Below are positions 1-7,629 of a stretch of 14,733 nucleotides of DNA, piece by piece (position 1 is the stretch's first letter; every line of letters begins with the position of its first letter). Origin of the DNA: Cyanobacteria bacterium J06626_4 (GTDB lineage Bacteria > Cyanobacteriota > Cyanobacteriia > Phormidesmidales > Phormidesmidaceae); the NCBI GenBank assembly GCA_038523235.1, contig JBCBJQ010000130.1, positions 1-14,733 of the forward strand, in the 5' to 3' direction. A model generated the notes under the pieces. The model saw nothing but the letters and a program-made list of their open reading frames with translations. It searched no databases and was not told where the DNA came from. Both the position numbers and the translations under genes were made by a program.

Positions 1-209
1 ACAATTACCTAGCTCAGCCGGAACCTTGAAATCTGACAGACCGCATGTTGGCGGCTGCAGTCAGCAATATAGCTGATTGAGCAGAGTCGAAATCAGCGAC
101 CGGTTTAACACTTAATTTGACCCAGCTACTTATCACCCAACCTGCTGACTGCAGCCGCCAACATGCGGTCTGTCAGATTTCAAGGTTCCGGCTGAGCTAG
201 GTAATTGTA
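1..209. mobile_element. MITE-like non-autonomous element: perfect 66-bp inverted repeat (1-66 / 143-208) around a 76-bp spacer, possibly with a TA target duplication
   Basis: Bases 1-66 are the exact reverse complement of 143-208, checked base by base. The right end reads GGTAATTG|TA (TA at 208-209) and the left reads A|CAATTACC, consistent with a TA duplication cut off by the window edge. No coding capacity. The repeat is directly seen; the MITE identity is inferred. Confidence 0.65.
72..97 (-). repeat. REP-like hairpin unit with core TTCGACTCTGCTCA, inside the MITE spacer
   Basis: GCTGATT (72-78) pairs with AATCAGC (91-97). The reverse complement of 78-91 is TTCGACTCTGCTCA, 13/14 identical to TTCGACTCCGCTCA at 14509-14522. 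Confidence 0.65.
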
Positions 210-218
210 CTACCGCAA

Positions 219-238
219 GGGCGAGGCTTACTCTGCCC
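219..238 (-). terminator. Possible weak hairpin or terminator just downstream of the antiporter stop codon
   Basis: GGGC-GAG pairs with CTC-T-GCCC (7 bp, one bulge, 5-nt loop), a few bases past the stop at 243-245. Only two U residues follow on the minus strand. Confidence 0.2.
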
Positions 239-242
239 CAAG

Positions 243-1862
243 TCATGACAACAGTTCAGGAGCCTCACTCTTTTTGCTCTCTTGGGCGTCCGTTTTCTCC
301 AGCAAAGATTCTAAGAGCGGCGTGATCTCTTCCTTCAAATAGCCAGCGCGAATGAACTGCGCATAGGTATCGGCTTCAATAGCCACCAGGTTTTCATTCA
401 GTCGGCCAATCAAGATCTCCGATAGCTCAGGATGATCCCGCTGCTGTACCCGCATCTCTTCCTGAATTTCCTCCAGCTGTCCTCCCACTAACGCAATTTG
501 ATAATCACAGTACTCACTATCGATCAGATTTTTCTGTTTGACATCCTGCAGTTCGTCTAACACGCGACTGAGAGCAACACGTCGGGCAATGGTCTGCGAA
601 AACTCTTGCCGTAGCGGCTGATCACCCAGCAGCTTGAGCGCCTGCAAAATTGGCTTAGTCGTCAGTCCTTGTACCAGCAGGGTAAAGAGCATGACACCAA
701 AAATAATCGCAATAATGTCATCGCGCTCGGGCAGAGACTCGGGCACGCTTAGGGCCAAGGCGACGGATACCGATCCTCGTAGGCCGCCCCACCACAGCAC
801 AATCTGATTTTGCCAGTTGATGTCGGAGTCATCCCACCAGTTGCTGATTTGGCTGAGGCCAAAAATGCTGACTGCGCGCGCTAACAGCATCACCAAAATC
901 GCAATCACAATGGTCGGTAAATTGTCGATTAGACCTTGGAAAATTACCTGGTCGCCAATTAGCAAGAAGACGATGGAATTGACAAAGAAAGCCACGAAGT
1001 CCCAAAACTCTGAAACGGAGAGCCGCGTGCGGGGGCTCATGCCAATGCGAGAGCCAAAGTTGCCCAAAATGAGGCCGGTTGTGACGACGGCAATCACACC
1101 TGACCCGCCCAGTTGTTCGGCGACGAGATAAGTGCCATAGGCTGAAACTAAGGTGAGTGACTGCTCCACAAGCGGCAAGTCAAATCGCTGGGTCAGGTAA
1201 GAAATGCCGAAACCAATCAGCCCCCCAATACTGAGCCCAATGCCCACAAACACCAAAAAGCGCGACACGGTCACGGGAATGTCGAACTGCTCTAGTCCTA
1301 ATGCGATGCCAAGCAGCAGGTTATAAGCGACGACGGCCACCCCGTCGTTAAACAGGCTTTCGCCTTCCATCAAGGTAGTGAGCCGTTTATCGACGCCCAG
1401 CTCTCGAAAGAGCGCCACCACGGATACGGGGTCGGTGGCTGATAAGCCTGCCCCCACCAGCAAAGCCGTGGCTAAAGAGGCCCCGGCAAACTGCTGCAAG
1501 CCTAAAAACAGCCCGCCGACGCAAATGATGACGCCAATAATGGCAAACAGGCTAATGGGCAGCCAGTCGTTTTTGAGATTAGACCATTTAATATTCCAGG
1601 CGGCTTCAAATAGGAGGGGCGGTAGAAAGATAAACAGAATCAACTCAGGGGACAGGTTGATCAGGCGCACATCAATCGTTGCCAAACCCAGGCCAACCAG
1701 CAGCAAGAGCAGCGTGTAGGGAATGTTGCGTAACCAGCTCAGCGCTCTTGAGAGGGTGGCCACCCCGAGCGACACTGACAGCACGAGCAAAAATCTCCGC
1801 AGTCCTTCCTCAATGAGGGGATCTTCGAGGGCGGCTTCGGTTAAGAGCAGTGGGAAATGCAT
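243..1862 (-). CDS. nhaP: CPA1-family Na+/H+ antiporter (NhaP / NhaS1 type)
   Basis: Multiple hydrophobic TM segments; CPA1 motifs FLPPLLFEAA, LSATDPVSV, EGESLFNDG, SGVIAVV, WGGLRG and VQGLT; hydrophilic C-terminal tail. Closely resembles Synechocystis NhaS1 from recall. Start is ambiguous: ATG at 1862 (MHFPL, preferred) or the ORF start at 1892. Confidence 0.93.
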   Translation of the reverse strand: MHFPLLLTEAALEDPLIEEGLRRFLLVLSVSLGVATLSRALSWLRNIPYTLLLLLVGLGLATIDVRLINLSPELILFIFLPPLLFEAAWNIKWSNLKNDWLPISLFAIIGVIICVGGLFLGLQQFAGASLATALLVGAGLSATDPVSVVALFRELGVDKRLTTLMEGESLFNDGVAVVAYNLLLGIALGLEQFDIPVTVSRFLVFVGIGLSIGGLIGFGISYLTQRFDLPLVEQSLTLVSAYGTYLVAEQLGGSGVIAVVTTGLILGNFGSRIGMSPRTRLSVSEFWDFVAFFVNSIVFLLIGDQVIFQGLIDNLPTIVIAILVMLLARAVSIFGLSQISNWWDDSDINWQNQIVLWWGGLRGSVSVALALSVPESLPERDDIIAIIFGVMLFTLLVQGLTTKPILQALKLLGDQPLRQEFSQTIARRVALSRVLDELQDVKQKNLIDSEYCDYQIALVGGQLEEIQEEMRVQQRDHPELSEILIGRLNENLVAIEADTYAQFIRAGYLKEEITPLLESLLEKTDAQESKKSEAPELLS

Positions 1863-1969
1863 GGGCGCTGCGAATTGAGGACAAATTGCCATTCAAAACA
1901 TTACCTTATAGCCTCTTGCTTGCAATCCGTCGCTAGCGATCGCATCCCGCCAATACAGGCCTAAATCGT

Positions 1970-3730
1970 TCACATTTGCCGCAAACTCTTGGCCTGCTTC
2001 AGCAATGCATCGGCAAATGAGAGGGCATCTTGGTGTGACTGACCACCTGCGAGCTGCGCCAATTCGTCGCGACGCATGGCGTCATCTAAGGGCGTCACTC
2101 TGACCACCGTTCTTTCGGCGGTCGCGTCGTGGGCACTGCCACCTTTTGACTTAGATTTCTGGCTAGCGCCAGTCGCCGCTTGCTCAATCACCTCTTTGCC
2201 GACTCGAAAATGGGCATCGGCCATGGCAGCCACCATCGGCTGGTGGGTGACACACACTACCTGCTGCGATCGCCCCAGGTAGTGTAGCTTTTCGGCAATC
2301 GCCTGAGCCACTCGTCCCGACACCCCGACGTCGACCTCGTCAAACACCAGTGTATTAACGACATCCAACTGTGAAAGGCAAGCCTTAAGGGCTAATAGGA
2401 AGCGGCTCATTTCTCCCCCAGAGGCCGTCTCGGCTAGGGGCTGCAGCGGTTCTCCTGGATTGGGACTGAAGCGAAATTGAATTTTGTCAGCGCCCGCGAT
2501 CGTCGGCTCATTGGGGGTTAGGCTGACCTGAAACTGCACCCGCTCCATCGCTAGGGGCTTGAGTTCCTTAATCAAACTGGCTTCTAATTCTTTAGCGGCC
2601 TTGTGCCGGAGCTTCGTCAGCTTTTGACAGGCTTTAGCCAGGGCGGTTTGGGCGACTTGCTGAGCGGCTTCCAGGGCCTCTAATGACTGGCCCTCACCAT
2701 TGAGCAGGGCCAATGAAGCTTGAATTTCCTGCGTATAGTCGATCAGCTCGGGCAGCGTCTTGCCGTACTTGCGGGTTAACTGCTTGAGCTGACTCATGCG
2801 GGTCTGCACCTCTTGCAGTCGCTGCGGATCAGTTTCCATATCTTCGCCATAGGTGTTGATTTGGCGACCGGCTTCTTCAATTTGCGCGAGCGCCTCATTC
2901 ACCATGTCGAGAATCGGCTCAACGGTATTGTCGTACTGCAGCATGTCTTCCAAGGTTTGTCCCGCCTGACCGAGCAGATCGGCGCAGGCAGTACCATCTT
3001 GGTCGTTTTCATAGAGTCGCTGATAGACCTGATAGCTTTGTTGCTGCAGCTCCACCGCGTGACTCAGCCGCTGCTGCTCTTGCTCCAGCTGGGTCAGCTC
3101 GTTGGGATCTTCTAGGCCGACGGCACTTAATTCCTGCCACTGATAGTCAAACAGGTCGAGCTGATCTTGGCGCTGCTGCTCGGCCCGCCGCCGTCGCTCT
3201 AAGGCCGTTTGCGCCTCGACCATAGCCTCGTATTGAGTCGCTACGACCTGACGCTGCTGGGCGATCGCGGTTCCCCCCACGCCATCGAGCCAGTACAGCT
3301 GCATTTGCGGGTCGCCCACCTGCAGGGTTTGGCCCTGCGCCGTAATTTCGACCAAGTGCAGCCGCAGTGCTTCAACCTGAGGTTTATTAACTGTGGCACC
3401 ATTCAGCCGCGAGCGGCTGCGTACGGTATTTTTACCTGCCGTCAGTTCCCGTGTGCACACGAGGCGATCACCCGCCAGTGGGACTTCGTGCGCTTCGAGC
3501 CATTGTCGAGTGCGATCCGTCACGGCAAAGGTGGCTTCAATCACGCCGCGTTTTTCGCCGGCTCGAATCATGCGCTGACTAACGCGCCCGCCCAAGACGG
3601 CATCTAGCGCATCCAGCATGATTGACTTGCCCGCACCGGTTTCGCCGGTCAGCACATTTAACCCAGCCTGAAACTCTAATGCTAGATGGTCAATGAGGGC
3701 GAAATTTTCTATCTTCAGAGCAACCAGCAT
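1970..3730 (-). CDS. recN: DNA repair protein RecN (SMC-like ATPase)
   Basis: N-terminus MLVALKIENFALID, Walker A TGETGAGKS, long coiled coil, FSPNPGEPLQPL followed by signature ASGGEMSR, Walker B LVFDEVDVGVSG, and VTHQP; 586 aa. Confidence 0.97.
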   Translation of the reverse strand: MLVALKIENFALIDHLALEFQAGLNVLTGETGAGKSIMLDALDAVLGGRVSQRMIRAGEKRGVIEATFAVTDRTRQWLEAHEVPLAGDRLVCTRELTAGKNTVRSRSRLNGATVNKPQVEALRLHLVEITAQGQTLQVGDPQMQLYWLDGVGGTAIAQQRQVVATQYEAMVEAQTALERRRRAEQQRQDQLDLFDYQWQELSAVGLEDPNELTQLEQEQQRLSHAVELQQQSYQVYQRLYENDQDGTACADLLGQAGQTLEDMLQYDNTVEPILDMVNEALAQIEEAGRQINTYGEDMETDPQRLQEVQTRMSQLKQLTRKYGKTLPELIDYTQEIQASLALLNGEGQSLEALEAAQQVAQTALAKACQKLTKLRHKAAKELEASLIKELKPLAMERVQFQVSLTPNEPTIAGADKIQFRFSPNPGEPLQPLAETASGGEMSRFLLALKACLSQLDVVNTLVFDEVDVGVSGRVAQAIAEKLHYLGRSQQVVCVTHQPMVAAMADAHFRVGKEVIEQAATGASQKSKSKGGSAHDATAERTVVRVTPLDDAMRRDELAQLAGGQSHQDALSFADALLKQAKSLRQM

Positions 3731-3826
3731 GGGGACGATTTACTGAGGGCGAGAATGCGAATCGGGGTCAGGAACCAAGCCCCTGGCTAGGCGATCGCCG
3801 CCGGTAGCCAAGGGTTCTGCGCTTCA

Positions 3827-3832
3827 ATCATA
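3827..3832 (-). promoter_or_regulatory. Candidate -10 element (TATGAT) for recN
   Basis: Minus-strand TATGAT about 97 nt upstream of the recN ATG, immediately before a leader hairpin. No clear -35. Confidence 0.4.
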
Positions 3833-4241
3833 TCCTCAGAACAGAACGGTGCTCTGTCGGGGGGTAGCAGTCGCAATTCGCGGCAATCTGGGAGCAATGT
3901 TGGAGCAGCTCTCCCAAAACTTGATATCCGCAGCAGCAGCCTTGATGAACAATCCAAAGACACTATGGCACGAATTGTTCGGGCATTTCCCGACTGCCGG
4001 AGCGGCGAATTGCGCATTGGGGGAGTTTGTACTCGGGTAACTGTGGCCGCTGCCTGCACAGGTATTCAGATCGGCAATCCCCAGACAGGCTCAATGCCAT
4101 CCTTCGGCAGTTGCCAGTGTGGTCGAAGCCGATCGCCCAGCAGAGCCGGATGATCCCTTCTTAAACTATCGCAAAAAAGTACGGATGAACCATTTCAGAC
4201 AGGGTCGGGCTTTTCTACCGGTGGTTATGGCGCAAACTCAT

Positions 4242-4247
4242 TACAAT
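4242..4247 (+). promoter_or_regulatory. Candidate -10 element (TACAAT) for the ABC1 kinase gene
   Basis: TACAAT in an AT-rich patch about 31 nt upstream of the GTG at 4279. Confidence 0.45.
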
Positions 4248-4278
4248 AGTTAAGAAAGGTAAAATATTTTAAGGGGCC

Positions 4279-6300
4279 GTGACGGTGACACAGACCACTC
4301 CCTCACCTCGCACTGTAACTGTAGTAGACGTTGAAGCGACGCTCCCTGATCGGGCCGCAGCACCGCCGACTCATTTGACTCCGAAGCCGTCGCGATCGCC
4401 GCGCAAGTTCGACCCCTTCGAAGACTTTGCCTACGATCCCGACGCCATTAATGCCCACTATCAAGGGCGCTGGCCCAAGGTCATTGGCCGTCTGTTCACC
4501 ATCGTTTGGCCCTTTGTTACCTTTTTGGCTGGGGTTTGGTGGAACCGTCGTGGCACCGTTTCTGACGCCACGCAGCAGCGGCAGGCAAAGCGGCTACGAG
4601 AACTGTTGACCGACCTCGGTCCGGCTTACATTAAAATCGGCCAGGCTCTATCGACTCGGCCCGATTTGGTGCCGCCGATTTATCTGGACGAACTGACCCG
4701 TCTGCAAGATCAGCTGCCCCCTTTTCCCAATGCGGTGGCCTTTCGCTATATCGAAGAAGAACTCGGCGCACCGCCCGCTGAAGTCTATGCTGAGCTATCG
4801 CCGAATCCCGTTGCCGCGGCTTCGTTAGGCCAAGTCTATAAGGGTCGCCTGAAAACGGGGGAAACCGTAGCGGTCAAGGTGCAGCGTCCGGGCTTGGCCC
4901 AACGTATCGCCTTAGATCTGTATATTCTTCGTCGATTGGCTCAGTGGGCCACAAATAATGTCAGCCGCATTCGCAGCGACCTCGTCGCCATTATGGATGA
5001 GTTTGGCGCTCGCATTTTTGAAGAAATGGACTATACCCATGAGGGTGAAAATGCCATTCGCTTCGCCGAGCTATATGGCCATCTCAAAGATATTTACGTG
5101 CCCCGCATCTACGGCGACTATACGGCTCGTCGGGTGCTGACGATGGAGTGGATTGACGGCACTAAACTGACGCAATTAGATGAACTCCAGCGTCAGAGCA
5201 TTGATGCCACTTACCTGATTGATGTGGGGGTGCAATGTTCGCTACGACAGCTGCTAGAGCATGGATTTTTCCATGCGGATCCGCATCCGGGCAATCTGCT
5301 GGCGACTCCCGATGGCAAGTTGGCCTATCTTGACTTTGGCATGATGAGTGAGGTCAAGCCTTACCAACGCTACGGCCTGATCGAAGCTGTCGTGCACATG
5401 GTTAACCGCGATTTTGAAGGGCTGGCAGGCGACTATGTCAAGCTCGAGTTTTTGACACCTGAAACCGATCTCACCCCAATTATTCCGGCTTTAACGGAAG
5501 TCTTTAGCAACGCGCTGGGGGCCAGCGTCGCTGAGCTCAATTTCAAAAGTATTACGGATGAGTTTTCGGCGTTGATGTACGAGTATCCCTTTCGGGTGCC
5601 CGCTTACTACGCGTTGATTATTCGCTCTCTCGTCACCTTGGAAGGGATTGCGATCAACGTTGATCCCGAGTTCAAGGTGTTGAGTAAGGCCTATCCCTAC
5701 GTCGCGAAACGACTGTTGACCGATTCTTCGTCGCAGTTGCGGAATTCTCTGCAAGATTTGCTCTTTAAAGACGGTGAATTTCGCTGGAATCGACTGGAGA
5801 ATCTGCTGAGAAATGCGGGCAGTAGTGACGACTACGACATGGAGCGGATGGTCGATCAGACGGTCGAGTTTTTATTCTCAGAGCGGGGTGAATTTATTCG
5901 CGATCGCATTGCTGATGAGGTGGCTAAAGAACTCGATCACTTGGGACAAAACATGGTGCAAACCGTTCAGCAATCGGTGCAGCGGCGCTTAGGCTGGGGG
6001 GCTGCAGACGACATGGCTGCCGCATCGACCGGGCCAGTGGCAGCTCAAGATGACGACAGTAACCTCAACCGCATTCTGCGCATTGTGGATATGCTGCGCC
6101 AGAGCAACGGATTTGACGCCAGTTTGCTAGCGCGTCAATTGCCGCAGGTCTTGGTGAAACCTGAAACCCGCGATATGGGACAGCGCATCGTGGGCAATTT
6201 GACCCAACGAGCTGCCGCCCGGTTTATTCGTGACGTCTTGCTTGCCGGTTCCTCATCGCAGCCCGAAATTGCTCCTGCCGCTTACTCGCGATCGCTATAA
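4279..6300 (+). CDS. ABC1/AarF/UbiB-family atypical protein kinase
   Basis: Motifs LGPAYIKIGQALSTRPD (KxGQ), AAASLGQVY, VAVKVQRP, FFHADPHPGN and LDFGMM; 673 aa. The GTG start is plausible but unverified. Confidence 0.95.
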   Translation: MTVTQTTPSPRTVTVVDVEATLPDRAAAPPTHLTPKPSRSPRKFDPFEDFAYDPDAINAHYQGRWPKVIGRLFTIVWPFVTFLAGVWWNRRGTVSDATQQRQAKRLRELLTDLGPAYIKIGQALSTRPDLVPPIYLDELTRLQDQLPPFPNAVAFRYIEEELGAPPAEVYAELSPNPVAAASLGQVYKGRLKTGETVAVKVQRPGLAQRIALDLYILRRLAQWATNNVSRIRSDLVAIMDEFGARIFEEMDYTHEGENAIRFAELYGHLKDIYVPRIYGDYTARRVLTMEWIDGTKLTQLDELQRQSIDATYLIDVGVQCSLRQLLEHGFFHADPHPGNLLATPDGKLAYLDFGMMSEVKPYQRYGLIEAVVHMVNRDFEGLAGDYVKLEFLTPETDLTPIIPALTEVFSNALGASVAELNFKSITDEFSALMYEYPFRVPAYYALIIRSLVTLEGIAINVDPEFKVLSKAYPYVAKRLLTDSSSQLRNSLQDLLFKDGEFRWNRLENLLRNAGSSDDYDMERMVDQTVEFLFSERGEFIRDRIADEVAKELDHLGQNMVQTVQQSVQRRLGWGAADDMAAASTGPVAAQDDDSNLNRILRIVDMLRQSNGFDASLLARQLPQVLVKPETRDMGQRIVGNLTQRAAARFIRDVLLAGSSSQPEIAPAAYSRSL

Positions 6301-6405
6301 GCGGTCTCGACTTGAGGGAACTGTGCTTTAAAGCTATTTCCAGGACAGACAGGTTTCTGTGAGGGTTCAGCACTGCCCAACCCTGAAGGTCGAGGCCGCT
6401 ATTTT
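6300..6405 (+). terminator. Large structured 3' element after the ABC1 kinase stop (13-bp closing stem, three inner hairpins, U-rich tail)
   Basis: GCGGTCTCGACTT (6301-6313) pairs with AGGTCGAGGCCGC (6387-6399) with two G-U pairs; TATTTT follows at 6400-6405. Confidence 0.5.
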
Positions 6406-6478
6406 GGAAGCCACTTCCTTCGGTAACTGAGTCCGGGATCAGGGCATCAGGCAGGCTTGACCGCCGGTTGGGCGATCA

Positions 6479-6572
6479 TCCTCTCTGGGGAGGGTTGCCC
6501 AAGGTGGGGTGGGTGTCGCTCCTCCTGCTGAGAGTGGTTCAACCCACTCCATTCGCCCCTCTCCCGAGGGGA
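6479..6572. repeat. Inverted doublet of a CCCCTC-N5-GAGGGG / ACCCACYCC small dispersed repeat
   Basis: Copy A is 6479-6514 (TCCTCTCTGGGGAGGGT...GGGGTGGGT). Copy B is 6542-6572, whose reverse complement is TCCCCTCGGGAGAGGGG...GGAGTGGGT. Identity is 13/17 and 8/9 in the two blocks, with a 27-nt spacer. Confidence 0.6.
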
Positions 6573-6586
6573 AAGAAACGAGGTCT

Positions 6587-6618
6587 GGCTAATCCCTAAC
6601 GTCAGTTAGGGATTAGCC
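6587..6618. repeat. Perfect 14-bp inverted repeat with a 4-nt loop
   Basis: GGCTAATCCCTAAC-GTCA-GTTAGGGATTAGCC; extendable by GTC/GAC across a 1-nt bulge (6583-6621). Confidence 0.85.
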
Positions 6619-6647
6619 GACAAGAAATATCCCATTGCTAGCGAGGT

Positions 6648-6670
6648 GTACGGGCGAATGGCCGTTCGCC
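6648..6670 (+). repeat. REP-like palindrome GTAC-G-GGCGAATGGCCGTTCGCC
   Basis: An 18-nt near-perfect palindrome at 6653-6670 (one deviation, T6659) preceded by GTAC, resembling the GTAG-plus-hairpin layout of REP sequences. Confidence 0.55.
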
Positions 6671-6733
6671 TCGCTCTGAGCGCTGGAATAGGGCTTTCAC
6701 GTATCGCTCTGAAGGCTCCGGCGGGTTATGACC

Positions 6734-7468
6734 TCAGGCCATGATGCGTCGCCGACCGTGGGTAAACGGACTGCAGGACTCTTCCAGCGATCGCGTTCGG
6801 TAGGTTGCTTCAAACACGTTGAACTGGTGCACCAGTTCATTATCAATGTCTAGCGCGGTGAGCCAGCCACTTTTGGGATGATAGGCGCCGGTGTCAATAT
6901 TGAGCCAACCTGGCCCTTCCACCAGTTGCCCTGGTTTGATATCGGGAAACGTAAACGTAATCGTGTGACCGGTCAAAATCAGCTTGTTCTGAAAGTAAGG
7001 CTCGGGTTCGCTGTGAAAGGCATCCCGAATCCAGCAGCACTCTTCAGAAGTCTGTTCTGCCACTGTGAGAGTGGGGTCGATACCCGCATGCACCAGCCAG
7101 ATATCGCCTAAATCTAAATATAGGGGTAGCGTCCTAAACCACTCAATGTGACGGGTTAGCAGGTCAACATTCTGGTTGTAGCTGTTCAGCGTTGACTGCC
7201 CACCGCTGTAGAGCCAGGCGTGCAGCGTTTGCCCTGCCCCCTGTTTAGTCGCGAGGGCATCCAACAGCAGCCGCTCGTGATTGCCTAAAACACAGCGGTG
7301 GCCCTGCTGACGCACATAGTCCACCACTTGAGAACTCTGGGGACCGCGATCGATTAAATCGCCGACAAAGTAAACCTGGTCGGCTGAGTCTGGGGCGACT
7401 GCCTCAAAAAGGCTCATCAGGCCAGCGTAATGACCGTGAACATCGCCAACAAAAATACGTCGGGGCAT
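6734..7468 (-). CDS. Calcineurin-like metallophosphoesterase, PPP-family Ser/Thr phosphatase type (PrpA/PphA-like)
   Basis: Motifs GDVHG, GDLIDRG, GNHE, VHAG, GHT and IDTG. Start re-assigned to the ATG at 7468 (MPRRIFVGD, 244 aa) because the 36-aa upstream extension lacks family character. Confidence 0.92.
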   Translation of the reverse strand: MPRRIFVGDVHGHYAGLMSLFEAVAPDSADQVYFVGDLIDRGPQSSQVVDYVRQQGHRCVLGNHERLLLDALATKQGAGQTLHAWLYSGGQSTLNSYNQNVDLLTRHIEWFRTLPLYLDLGDIWLVHAGIDPTLTVAEQTSEECCWIRDAFHSEPEPYFQNKLILTGHTITFTFPDIKPGQLVEGPGWLNIDTGAYHPKSGWLTALDIDNELVHQFNVFEATYRTRSLEESCSPFTHGRRRIMA

Positions 7469-7629
7469 GGACCAACAGCGTGCAACAGCTAGAACTACAA
7501 CAGCAAAACACTCGATTAAAGATGGCACCCCGAAAAGATCGAGTTTCTTTAAACTAACAAACTTACCGGTCGCCAATCCCTTAGAAAATCAGTAAGGTGA
7601 CCGAGTCAATGGCATGGCTAGCGGCACTC

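Noticed and set aside
817..3607. Plus-strand ORFs at 817, 1378, 2076, 2813, 3209 and 3393
   Set aside because: They are antisense shadows of nhaP and recN with no recognisable motifs.
3787..4153. Three short ORFs in the recN-ABC1 spacer as annotated genes
   Set aside because: They overlap one another and have no family motif, so they are not called as CDS. The spacer is kept only as a low-interest finding.
4178..4191. AGTACGGATGAACC as a cyanobacterial LexA box (RGTAC-N3-D-GTWC-B) for recN
   Set aside because: It has one mismatch in the core half-site and lies about 450 bp from the recN start, far from its likely promoter.
6301..6399. Cloverleaf-like fold as a tRNA or tRNA pseudogene
   Set aside because: No GTTCRA T-loop in a 5-bp arm, no 7-nt anticodon loop, no CCA, and the closing stem is too long.
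6734..7468. Metallophosphoesterase as the phosphodiesterase partner of the putative cyclase
   Set aside because: Its motifs (GDxHG, GDxxDRG, GNHE) are PPP/ApaH type rather than CpdA type, and it is about 3 kb away in another transcription unit.
7469..7576. 36-aa N-terminal extension of the phosphatase in the ORF track
   Set aside because: It begins at a non-ATG start in AT-rich, promoter-like DNA; the family domain starts immediately after the ATG at 7468.
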